Below, in pieces: positions 23,348 to 36,461 of a stretch of DNA of 64,000 nt; the first letter of the stretch is position 1, and every line of letters starts with the position of its first letter. The DNA is from Haplodiscus bocki (Eukaryota). The stretch lies in contig OZ296649.1 of assembly GCA_965655095.1 (NCBI GenBank), forward strand, positions 35,464,001 to 35,528,000, given 5' to 3'. The position numbers and the translations under genes are program-made. The notes beneath the pieces are model-generated. The model searched no databases. It was not told the origin of the DNA and saw only the letters and a program-made list of their open reading frames with translations.

Positions 23348-24051
23348 GGATCTTGTTAAGATTAAACCCCCCAAACCAGGCTGGGGGGTGTATATTTAAG
23401 TTGGTCGGATTTGGGGGGTGTTAACTTTATTAGGGGGTGTAAATTTTATAAATTAACACTTTTTTTATAAATTAACACTTTTTTATAAATTAAAAGTGTT
23501 AACTTTTAGAGATTATAGATTGCGCTCAAATACAAACATAATTGCCTCAATTCTAACTTATATTACATAATCCGAGCAATAGATATGCTGTGTAATAAGT
23601 ACCAGTTAATCCTTTAATAGACTTTAATCCTTTAATTACTACAAACCATGGTACTATACGATTCTGAGACGCATATTCGAGACCTCACAAAGGTCAGCAT
23701 CCCCACATTGGTCAACTTGTTCATCATCTTCCGTCCAGTTTGCAGTCAATTTCTCCAAGCTCATCCAATTGAACTTGGTGGACCTGGGGCCGTGCTACAA
23801 ATAGTGGATACGTAGAGATTGTGGAACGGCGCAATCCATAATACATTCTGTATGATCCATAATACATGATCCTTTATCGTGTTTAGAGCATTTTTCTTAT
23901 TTTGAGTCAAATAAGGCAATATGAGTCAAATAAGTTGGGGGGTGGATACTTGAGTTGGTCAAAACTGGGGGGGTGTTAACTTTAGTTGGTCAAAACTGGG
24001 GGGTTTAAAGTTAACAAGGCCTATTTGGGGGGTTTAATCTTGACAAGATCC
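23348..24051. mobile_element. Non-autonomous TIR DNA transposon (Merlin/IS1016-like)
   Basis: TIRs ggatcttgttaagattaaaccccc / gggggtttaatcttgacaagatcc; 8 bp TSD catttttc on both sides (23340-23347, 24052-24059); subterminal ggggggtgttaacttt repeats. Confidence 0.85.
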
Positions 24052-25229
24052 CATTTTTCTAAACTGCTGTTCTAAACTAATGCAACTCCGCGTAAGAAAA
24101 TGATTATTGGCAGCAAATTTCACGAAAAATATGAATCGGACAAAAGGTGCCACGGGAAAGGTTTCTTAGTACTTGATGTACATCACATTCGGACATTGCT
24201 CGTTGTCCGAAAAGTTTCGGACCGATATAATGGAAGTTTGAAGCAACTAATTTTGGCTATTTTTCAATATTTTGCTGTTTAGCGAGTTGTTGCGCGTAAA
24301 AATAGTATTTTAGCATTTCATAATTTAAGAGATGCCCCGACACATGATACAGATGTTTAAATATTTTGATCTAAGCGACATAGCCGCCCAAGCCGAAGTA
24401 GATTTCGCAAAAGCTTGATGTTTTTAACTTGCGTGCTCTCACCACAAACTACGATGGTCCGTATGGTCCCTCCTGTACTCCCACGCAGCTTTGCTGCCTT
24501 TTGAAAAAATCAAACAAAAATGTCGCACGAAATTCTTTATTTTCGAAGAGGTCGCAAAATGTCCTAAGAGAAAGCGTTAAAAACACAAAAATCGAATAAC
24601 ACCAAAAGTACTTCGGAAAATTACAGTTTTTCGAAGTCCTAAAATTCTTGAATTCGCGACAAGAACGCAGCTTTTCGGAAACGAAAGGTCTCACCCCATG
24701 TTATGAAATGTAAATTTGTTGCTGAAGACCTATAAGTTTAGAAAATTCTGAGCTCGCAGTTAATTTACGACTAAATGATATAATCATTCATGGGACTTTT
24801 GGCGTCAAGTTTCCAAAATATGAAATCGAAAAATCGTCAATTTTACTGAAGTGAAAATGCCGAAAAATTTTCAAAACAATTAAAATTTGCCAAAAGTTGT
24901 ATTTTCAAACTTCTGCAAAATTGATGGGAAAATTAGCAGACTAATAAAAATGATGTAAAAAAAATAAGAACCTTTTGCTTTTGAATTTTTCTTTAGTTTT
25001 CGAGATTTTGAACTCCGAAAATGACTATTTAATATAGTGGAGTTGCAATATTTTAGAACAGCACTGTATTCTACTATTCTACATGTTAATAAGTTGCTTC
25101 AGGCCATACATGTAGTGAACACAATTATTTTGCACTTTTGTAAACGAACATAAAATGACTAATTGCATTTGATCGAAAAGGCAAGACTACAATGAATTCT
25201 GTATTCCATAAACTATAAAAGCTACTAAC

Positions 25230-25269
25230 GCTTCGTCTATGTTCGGGTGGTATATTTTGTTCATAAAGC
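25230..25269 (-). CDS. UBE2H: UBE2H coding exon 4 (HPN motif)
   Basis: ttacag|GC TTT ATG...GAA GC|gttagt; GFMNKIYHPNIDEA. Confidence 0.95.
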
Positions 25270-28200
25270 CTGTAACAATTTCGCAGTTAATTTACTTTAA
25301 CACAACAAAAACGCAGATGCTACTGGAAGATTATAGCGATAATGACCTGCAAACAATGTATAAGCTGATGGAAAAATATAATCAAAATATTTTTTTAACT
25401 TTCAGACAACAGCCCAAAGACAGAAATAAGGGTAGTTCAGAATATCGGCGTCTACTTTTTCAATTCAGTATAAGTTACTTGTGCCCATCAATATCAAAAT
25501 GCAAAATACCTTTGCCTTTCTAGATTTCTAGTTAAGTAATTCGCAGTTCTAGACCCAGATGACTCGGTTCACTTTGCCTACAAAAAAAACAAACCCAAAA
25601 TTAAACTAACGAACAATGCGTTCTTCGCAATTCTGCTTCCAAAATTCCCAAATTAACGATCAAATCAATTACGACTAGCAAAAACCGATGTCTCGAAAAT
25701 CTTGGTTAGCAATCAACATTGCCTGATAAAAAACTATTTTTTTTTCAAAATTTAAAAAAATTCAGTAAACGTCCGTTAGAAACTCCAACCCCTTCTGATG
25801 GTTTTTTAAACATAATTGAATAAATAAAATCTTGCCAAAAAGTCACACATAATACATTGAACTGCTTTTTCAGCCACCACCAGTTCCATAAACTCAGTTG
25901 AGCATTGAAAACATTTTATTACTTATCACATGATAGCAAAACTCAGGGTGATTATTACGTATTGTCAAAACCAGGTATCCTCCTCGCATGCATGTTAAAA
26001 AGTCTTTTTCATTTAAATCATTTTTCTTCATTACATTTTTCTTTTCCAATCGTATTTGCATCAAATCGAGTAAAAATTTCTCTCATCTTCGAAGTCTATA
26101 CTTAAAACCGCTTAAAACTATCTCGTGTTGTAACCACATCGTCAAATTATACCATATGAATAAAAGTATAAACATAAACATGCAAGCATTGTATTTCATC
26201 GATTTAAAAGCTTGTCAAAAAATTGGAATTCAGCCTATTACAGACTTTCGGCGCAATTGGAACCTTAGCAAAAGATGAAAAAATCACTTCTCGCTCTCTT
26301 TAAGGTCAATCACGTCGTTACTCGGAAAATGACGTGTCCTCGCATGAACAAGCTATGGCATATATACTAAACATATCATGTGATCATTCATTCTTTCCCA
26401 TTTTCGCAATCAATAAACTTGCAGATAGAACAACGACTTCTTCAGTTTCGTCTTTGCAAGTAACAGTAGTGGCAACTGCAGTTAGAACATTGGAAAAGCG
26501 AAGGCGGTATAAAGCGTGGTATTTATAAAGGTTGACACGATACGTAAAAGAGTCGCATGTACAGCTATTACAGATATTACCAAGTAGGAATGTACCAATC
26601 AAAAATAGTTGGTAACTCCAATGCGAGGGACGCCACATATCTTCTTACCGCGCGTGCCACCTCAAATTTGAATCGCGTGCACGAAAAAACAGAAAATATT
26701 AGGGAAAATTTGATAACACGCTCGCAGTTTTATAGAAAGTATACATCATTGGCTTCGCAATAATTCCGTCATCTCAAAGACAGCATAGTCAACATAAAAT
26801 GCTTTTATTTATTCGGTTTTATTTGTTCCTCCAAAGTGGCATTCCAGTAGAAAGAGTCTATTCGGGAAGATGAATTCCCATCGTGACGATTATTCAACAC
26901 GTCGAAAAAAATGCAGACTACTCGAAATTTTTGGAGCACGTAATGGTTCACTGGTCACTTTTTGACACTTTGACAAATCTAACCTTTTTCGACGCTTTGG
27001 GAATCGACATTTTCTTGATACAATGCATAGTCAGCATTCAGTAAATAATTGATGTGACGTTTTCAAGAAAGACGTCAATTTCAGGTTACATAATCACGTA
27101 AAGACAGAAAGAATCACATGAGTGAAAGAGCGATCGTTCGAGGCAAACGAGGCTGCGTCTCTCTTGTTTTCCGCACAGTTGAAAAGATTTGCAATTCCCA
27201 TCAGGAGCGACCTTTTAGAAGCAACGCACGAATTGAGAACCTATGCAATTCAAGTGAAAGTGTTTTCCAATTTCTTCGAGTATAACAACACACTATTCTA
27301 TTTACATAGTAAAGCAAAAAATTAGAGCTGAAATGATTCGAACCTATTATTCCAAGTAGCGACTTAGCGTGCTGACCATTACAGTATAGATCAGTTCCGA
27401 ATGCCAAGTAGTTTGTCTAAACTTAAGAAAACTTAATGGTTGCTATAATGGCATTACCAGCCCATTTGCTTCAGCTTTCAGTTCCCACTTCCAATGATCA
27501 ATGTACTGCACCGCTGATAGTGGAAGCGACGCAATTTCATCAGTGGAGCGGATCAGCTGCTCAAAATTGAAGCGACCGCTTAGCTGATGTTTCGATGGCA
27601 CGAAAAATACATAATGGAAAAATACATGAGGTTTGACCTTACTTCCACAAGTTTGACAATAGTCACTACACAGAGAAAAAATTGGAAGGTTATTTCAGAG
27701 ATTTTTCTGAAACTAGCGGCCATATAGCTAATAGCGGTTGTTTTGATAAGCGGTGTTACCGATTAGCAGTTTTTGATTAGCCACGCAATATATTTCCATT
27801 GATGGCATATTTTCGTGCAGTTAAAGAAGTCGGGATGGCTCATAGTCGGCGCGCTTGCTAGTCGCAAATGCCCGTTTTTGAAAAATTTTGGGTATTTTTC
27901 ATTTGGGGTATCCCAAAAATTCATTTTTTTGGTTTTCTGATACATTTTAGTTAGATGAATCTGGAGGGTACCCTGAAAAATTTTGGACCGGCAGGCTGTT
28001 GTATGTTAGCTGGAAAAAAACGCATAGTCGCGCATTTCGCAATGTATACAATCCCAACAAAAAAACCAATCACGGAGTTAGGCATCCAAAAAATACTTCC
28101 CTTTCGATGCTTTGCTTCAATTTTGTTCAATAATAGAATCTCCAAATGAGTTAAGAAATAGCGTAACTTGTTTCATAACCGTCAAAAACTCGACGTCTCG

Positions 28201-28418
28201 GATATCATACAGATAATACGCCTCCTGGGCTCAACCATCAAAGAATTGATTTCTCCTTATAGAAAACTATACTTAAGTCGAAACTCAGTAAAAACAAAAA
28301 TTGGACAACATATGGCCAGAGGACCTATTCACCGTTTTCCATGATGTAAAATCATCACAGACAAGCCTGAAAAAATGGTTCAAGCCAATATTTACAACAA
28401 GAGTGAGTTGTACCAAAA

Positions 28419-31400
28419 AATTCCAAAACAATTCAATTTCACCCACATTAAATCTTGATTGATCACTTTTCAAAGCGCCTCGATGCCTAACTGGCATTTT
28501 CAGTGCCAAGAAATTGAGGAATTTCAGGCGTGAAAAGATGAAACCCACCACGTTTGGGTCTGAAGACTCGCATCTCAGGAAAACTGCGGTGACACACCGA
28601 AATTCTCCCAAAGTCACCGTTGCAATGGTTCATAAGACGAGATGTGCAATGGTTCATACGACGAGATGGGAATAGGTCAATTAGAGACCTATACAGAGGT
28701 ACAGGACTGAGGAAAGGAATTTCGAGAGCTCATGCATTTTTCCGACAGTACTTTGTTAAGCCCTGCTCTTAATCAACCAAAAGGTGATTTTTCAAAATTG
28801 TGCGAAAAGAATGGACCAATGAAACGAATTGCACTGATCACCATTGAAACGTAAAGTTAACTAGCACACAGGCCGCTTTAACCAGTGAAATACACTAGTT
28901 AACTGATCGTGACTTAACTAAATCTCACCGTGCATGACTTTAAGCACCAAGAGAATTAACAGTGCAGCACCTCAGTATTCTAGAAAACTATGATGAGCCT
29001 TACACGCATGGGTAAATTCAACAAAGATTCACCTGGTTGTCTTACATTTCTAGAAACTTTTGAGGATGAAAAAAAGTTCTCCAACTAGGTTAGAAACGGA
29101 AGGCAAAGTAAACTTTAACGGTTCGTACACGAAAAACTCATGCACCGCTATTACTTGATTTTTCACCGGAAAGCGCCAGCCTTCCCTTGGATCTATGATA
29201 GAACATTCAAACAATTTTACGCTGAATCGTTAATACATCTGATGTAGCAACATGCGTAAAACGTGAACTAGAAATCCAAATTGAAAAATTTGACTTCATT
29301 TTTGAGTATGACAATTGAATTAGCATTTTTTCGGCACATAATTGAGCACTTTGGCTATTACATTACATTGACACCTCAAATTGAAGCGCAGTTGATTAAT
29401 GTCTGATGCAAAACACCTTCAGTGTTGACTTTTCCTGAGAATGAACAATATCGTTAACAATTATAAGTGAGCTAAAAGCTTCGTGTTGGTTATTTTCCCA
29501 TGGGTGGTTTCCCCAAAATTTAATGTCACCATGTCTGCTTTGAAACACAAACGTGATCGCTCGGTGTCTTCGTGAAGCTGTTCCTCAATTTAATCAAAGC
29601 TAAGCAATTTAGGCAAACTATTTTCATATACGGAGGGCTAAGGTTCTAAGGGCAGGCAAACGCTAGGTAAATCATTTAAGTAAACGTGAAGCACCATTGT
29701 ACCAAATACTAAACCTTGAGAAGCCACCGTTTAATCTCCGCCATTCTGTCAGCGGAAAACGACTTGAACACATCGGCGACGAATTGGAAGGTAACTTTTC
29801 GACCTTCCACTCAAATACGGATAAGTCAAAATATTCGAGTTTTGTACTATATCAGGATGTAAAGATTCACATGTCTCCTTCAGAAATGATATTTGTTCCT
29901 GATTCTATACTACTCCAACGTATATATTCAGTCAGTTCGTCAATTGAGTCGATAGTGCTTTTTCTACTCGAACCAAATCGTGAGAAAATGAAATTAATTC
30001 ACTCCAAAAACTGAATACTCAGTTGAAAACGACCCTTCCAACGACTTCACTGATTTAGGTAGCAATGCAAACGACCGGTAACCAGTCAATTCATCTACAG
30101 ATCGTTTTTTCAAAAATGGCATTGCTGTCTCTTGAAGATAGTTGCTCCCGGAAGACCCCTATTATCATTGAAAAACTAATATCATGACTTTGACTAATAG
30201 TTTCACGCGAAAGATAGCATTGCTTCCAAAAGGATATTGCCAATAGAGTCCATCCCGGACGAATCCCTACCTTCATCGTTGTTGTTTCTGAAGCTTCCAA
30301 TTCATTAGCGAGATAAAACTAAAATCCAGAACTGCGATAATGAATGATGTCATAGCGACTTCCGTTACGTTTGGAAACTAGCCAACTCCGCTACAGTGGG
30401 AAACTACAGCTCAGTTTTTCACCAAATTCTAATCGGTTCATCTCCATTTTCATCAACCTTTCCAGCCAACGTGGTCTATCAAGCGTTCTCTTCACGGTGC
30501 TTATGTCATCATCAGAACTGCTTCAACACTAACAATATAGCATGCAAAAGTGTTTTGACAAAATATGCATTAAATAAAAATCATCTCATCTGACGAGAAA
30601 GCTATAACTTTCAATTTTGTCTTTTAGGAAGGAAAAACTCATGAAAAAGTCCATTTAGTGTATTTATCTGATTCTTGTTCAAGGATATTTCGATGCGATA
30701 GAATGTAAATAAGAGTCGCAGTAGCGCAAAACTTTCATCGCAGCGGCGGCACTAGGAAAATCATACGATCAATACACTTGTTTCAATTGAATGTTGAAAG
30801 AGTCACGCTCTTATTCAGTACTTCGAAATAATTTCGTCAATTGAATCCAACTAATTTGTAATTAACAGGATAGGTCTCAAAGTATCAATATTAATAACCC
30901 CATAAACAATAACCAGACATTTAAAAGGAATCAAGGTATCCAGAAGCTTTGATGACTTCGTTCACTGCCGTTATTTTGAGAAGGGTAAAACTCATTCTGC
31001 TTGGATCGCTTCTACAACTTTTCTAATCATCTGACAGCGTGATAAAAAACGAAAGAAGAGCATAAAATGACGCAAGTCCACAAGCATGCCTGTACGCATT
31101 CTTGATCAGCACGCTTTAGGGACCGGTTTTAGCATAAGAGTGAATTACTAAGAACTTTTTTTCATTTGAAACCACGCAAAGGAGCATTTTAAGAAGACCT
31201 TTTGCTTTGAAATCAAACCAACTAGATTTCGAAAATACAGGCATCGAGAATCCCAAGCATTAAGTGGGTATGAATTTAGAAGGGTAAAAAACGAAACTGA
31301 GAATTTCAGAAAAATTTGAAAAAAAACACGGAAAGTAAGACCCGAAATAAAAGTGAGAAATTTGACAAGTTCTACTTCAACACTTCAGGTAATTGAAGGG

Positions 31401-34400
31401 CAATAATGACATTGACTCGAGCAGGAGGAACGCAGAGAAATTTAACAAACCTATGATAAAAAATAAGAAAAAATTGTTCCGCTTGACTATATCTCTCAAT
31501 CAGTCAGTCAAAGATTCCCAAATCGAGAAAAAAAATCTATAGGCCTAACCTTGTCAGCATGATGCCTTAATATTTTGGACCTACGGTCCAAAATTTAGTG
31601 ATTAGCACCGTTATGCGTCTACAAAAAAGCAAAGTTTTTTAGGTAACACCCTTTGCGTATTCCGAACCTTGAGGGCAGCGCCGATTTTGAGCACTCAAGT
31701 CTCTGCCTAACCATACATCTACAGTAGCTTCTTTTTGGGTAGTCAGGGGAAAATAGATCAAATTGGATGTACTTTTTTAACCTGCACTTTTGCAACTTGC
31801 CAATTTCAAAGTCAAAAAGACTGGTAGGAAAGTGGATGAAAATTGTTCAACCAGGCAAACTATGTCTTAATAAGACAATTACGGCAGTCACAACTCTTTA
31901 CTCAGACCAGATGCCAAGGGAAAACTCCTCAAAATTGATGTTCAACTGACGGACCGTCAAGCAAACGGTGAGCAGAATGACCGCCACCAAATCCGAGTGA
32001 ATCAAAACTAAGATGTCCGGTCACAACGAGAGGAATTCGTTCCGTCCGAAACGGAAAGAGGTCATCGGCAACCAGTTCAGTCAAACTTTTCTAGCAGTAG
32101 GAACCGAGGATTACGGTCAAGTAACAACAAAGGTAGTGCATTAATCCAAATGAAGGGAGCCTTAGAACCACCTAAATAAGTTAAGCCTGAAGCCGAAACA
32201 AATGTCCGAAAATCTGAATTCATTTTCATGACTGAATTGAACACATTTAATGAAAAGATGGCCCGGGCAATGACCCCATTTCAACTCCCATTGGAATTAC
32301 AGAGAAGTAACGATGACCTTATACCTCATACCTACAACAGATTTCAAAACCCGACATCTACGAGATTCGGCATTATATTCAGAGACCACAAGGTGGTACT
32401 GACGGTCATTTTACGTGAATGGATGCTGAGCGTCTTACAATTCCAAAACAATTCAATTTCACCCACATTAAATCTTGATTGATCACTTTTCAAAGCGCCT
32501 CGATGCCTAACTGGCATTTTCAGTGCCAAGAAATTGAGGAATTTCAGGCGTGAAAAGATGAAACCCACCACGTTTGGGTCTGAAGACTCGCATCTCAGGA
32601 AAACTGCGGTGACACACCGAAATTCTCCCAAAGTCACCGTTGCAATGGTTCATAAGACGAGATGTGCAATGGTTCATACGACGAGATGGGAATAGGTCAA
32701 TTAGAGACCTATACAGAGGTACAGGACTGAGGAAAGGAATTTCGAGAGCTCATGCATTTTTCCGACAGTACTTTGTTAAGCCCTGCTCTTAATCAACCAA
32801 AAGGTGATTTTTCAAAATTGTGCGAAAAGAATGGACCAATGAAACGAATTGCACTGATCACCATTGAAACGTAAAGTTAACTAGCACACAGGCCGCTTTA
32901 ACCAGTGAAATACACTAGTTAACTGATCGTGACTTAACTAAATCTCACCGTGCATGACTTTAAGCACCAAGAGAATTAACAGTGCAGCACCTCAGTATTC
33001 TAGAAAACTATGATGAGCCTTACACGCATGGGTAAATTCAACAAAGATTCACCTGGTTGTCTTACATTTCTAGAAACTTTTGAGGATGAAAAAAAGTTCT
33101 CCAACTAGGTTAGAAACGGAAGGCAAAGTAAACTTTAACGGTTCGTACACGAAAAACTCATGCACCGCTATTACTTGATTTTTCACCGGAAAGCGCCAGC
33201 CTTCCCTTGGATCTATGATAGAACATTCAAACAATTTTACGCTGAATCGTTAATACATCTGATGTAGCAACATGCGTAAAACGTGAACTAGAAATCCAAA
33301 TTGAAAAATTTGACTTCATTTTTGAGTATGACAATTGAATTAGCATTTTTTCGGCACATAATTGAGCACTTTGGCTATTACATTACATTGACACCTCAAA
33401 TTGAAGCGCAGTTGATTAATGTCTGATGCAAAACACCTTCAGTGTTGACTTTTCCTGAGAATGAACAATATCGTTAACAATTATAAGTGAGCTAAAAGCT
33501 TCGTGTTGGTTATTTTCCCATGGGTGGTTTCCCCAAAATTTAATGTCACCATGTCTGCTTTGAAACACAAACGTGATCGCTCGGTGTCTTCGTGAAGCTG
33601 TTCCTCAATTTAATCAAAGCTAAGCAATTTAGGCAAACTATTTTCATATACGGAGGGCTAAGGTTCTAAGGGCAGGCAAACGCTAGGTAAATCATTTAAG
33701 TAAACGTGAAGCACCATTGTACCAAATACTAAACCTTGAAAAGCCACCGTTTAATCTCCGCCATTCTGTCAGCGGAAAACGACTTGAACACATCGGCGAC
33801 GAATTGGAAGGTAACTTTTCGACCTTCCACTCAAATACGGATAAGTCAAAATATTCGAGTTTTGTACTATATCAGGATGTAAAGATTCACATGTCTCCTT
33901 CAGAAATGATATTTGTTCCTGATTCTATACTACTCCAACGTATATATTCAGTCAGTTCGTCAATTGAGTCGATAGTGCTTTTTCTACTCGAACCAAATCG
34001 TGAGAAAATGAAATTAATTCACTCCAAAAACTGAATACTCAGTTGAAAACGACCCTTCCAACGACTTCACTGATTTAGGTAGCAATGCAAACGACCGGTA
34101 ACCAGTCAATTCATCTACAGATCGTTTTTTCAAAAATGGCATTGCTGTCTCTTGAAGATAGTTGCTCCCGGAAGACCCCTATTATCATTGAAAAACTAAT
34201 ATCATGACTTTGACTAATAGTTTCACGCGAAAGATAGCATTGCTTCCAAAAGGATATTGCCAATAGAGTCCATCCCGGACGAATCCCTACCTTCATCGTT
34301 GTTGTTTCTGAAGCTTCCAATTCATTAGCGAGATATAACTAAAATCCAGAACTGCGATAATGAATGATGTCATAGCGACTTCCGTTACGTTTGGAAACTA

Positions 34401-36461
34401 GCCAACTCCGCTACAGTGGGAAACTACAGCTCAGTTTTTCACCAAATTCTAATCGGTTCATCTCCATTTTCATCAACCTTTCCAGCCAACGTGGTCTATC
34501 AAGCGTTCTCTTCACGGTGTTTATGTCATCATCAGAACTGCTTCAACACTAACAATATAGCATGCAAAAGTGTTTTGACAAAATATGCATTAAATAAAAA
34601 TCATCTCATCTGACGAGAAAGCTATAACTTTCAATTTTGTCTTTTAGGAAGGAAAAACTCATGAAAAAGTCCATTTAGTGTATTTATCTGATTCTTGTTC
34701 AAGGATATTTCGATGCGATAGAATGTAAATAAGAGTCGCAGTAGCGCAAAACTTTCATCGCAGCGGCGGCACTAGGAAAATCATACGATCAATACACTTG
34801 TTTCAATTGAATGTTGAAAGAGTCACGCTCTTATTCAGTACTTCGAAATAATTTCGTCAATTGAATCCAACTAATTTGTAATTAACAGGATAGGTCTCAA
34901 AGTATCAATATTAATAACCCCATAAACAATAACCAGACATTTAAAAGGAATCAAGGTATCCAGAAGCTTTGATGACTTCGTTCACTGCCGTTATTTTGAG
35001 AAGGGTAAAACTCATTCTGCTTGGATCGCTTCTACAACTTTTCTAATCATCTGACAGCGTGATAAAAAACGAAAGAAGAGCATAAAATGACGCAAGTCCA
35101 CAAGCATGCCTGTACGCATTCTTGATCAGCACGCTTTAGGGACCGGTTTTAGCATAAGAGTGAATTACTAAGAACTTTTTTCATTTGAAACCACGCAAAG
35201 GAGCATTTTAAGAAGACCTTTTGCTTTGAAATCAAACCAACTAGATTTCGAAAATACAGGCATCGAGAATCCCAAGCATTAAGTGGGTATGAATTTAGAA
35301 GGGTAAAAAACGAAACTGAGAATTTCAGAAAAATTTGAAAAAAAACACGGAAAGTAAGACCCGAAATAAAAGTGAGAAATTTGACAAGTTCTACTTCAAC
35401 ACTTCAGGTAATTGAAGGGCAATAATGACATTGACTCGAGCAGGAGGAACGCAGAGAAATTTAACAAACCTATGATAAAAAATAAGAAAAAATTGTTCCG
35501 CTTGACTATATCTCTCAATCAGTCAGTCAAAGATTCCCAAATCGAGAAAAAAAATCTATAGGCCTAACCTTGTCAGCATGATGCCTTAATATTTTGGACC
35601 TACGGTCCAAAATTTAGTGATTAGCACCGTTATGCGTCTACAAAAAAGCAAAGTTTTTTAGGTAACACCCTTTGCCTATTCCGAAACTTGAGGGCAGCGC
35701 CGACTTTGAGCACTCAAGTCTCTGCCTAACCATACATCTACAGTAGCTTCTTTTTGGGTAGTCAGGGGAAAATAGATCAAATTGGATGTACTTTTTTAAC
35801 CTGCACTTTTGCAACTTGCCAATTTCAAAGTCAAAAAGACTGGTAGGAAAGTGGATGAAAATTGTTCAACCAGGCAAACTATGTCTTAATAAGACAATTA
35901 CGGCAGTCACAACTCTTTACTCAGACCAGATGCCAAGGGAAAACTCCTCAAAATTGATGTTCAACTGACGGACCGTCAAGCAAACGGTGAGCAGAATGAC
36001 CGCCACCAAATCCGAGTGAATCAAAACTAAGATGTCCGGTCACAACGAGAGGAATTCGTTCCGTCCGAAACGGAAAGAGGTTATCGGCAACCAGTTCAGT
36101 CAAACTTTTCTAGCAGTAGGAACCGAGGATTACGGTCAAGTAACAACAAAGGTAGTGCATTAATCCAAATGAAGGGAGCCTTAGAACCACCTAAATAAGT
36201 TAAGCCTGAAGCCGAAACAAATGTCCGAAAATCTGAATTCATTTTCATGACTGACTTGAACACATTTAATGAAAAGATGGCCCGGGCAACGACCCCATTT
36301 CAACTCCCATTGGAATTACAGAGAAGTAACGATGACCTTATACCTCATACCTACAACAGATTTCAAAACCCGACATCTACGAGATTCGGCATTATATTCA
36401 GAGACCACAAGGTGGTACTGACGGTCATTTTACGTGAATGGATGCTGAGCGTCTTACAATT
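28419..36461 (+). repeat. Head-to-tail tandem duplication of a ~4020 bp unit
   Basis: 28421-32440 and 32441-36459 are near-identical (about ten differences seen); identical short ORFs recur at a 4019-4020 bp offset. Confidence 0.97.

Noticed and set aside
27829-28058. MITE with gtcgggat / atcccaac ends
   Set aside because: Inverted repeats are too imperfect and no TSD was found.
28421-36459. Paired LTRs or duplicated genes
   Set aside because: The units are directly adjacent with no internal region; their short ORFs have no recognisable domains.
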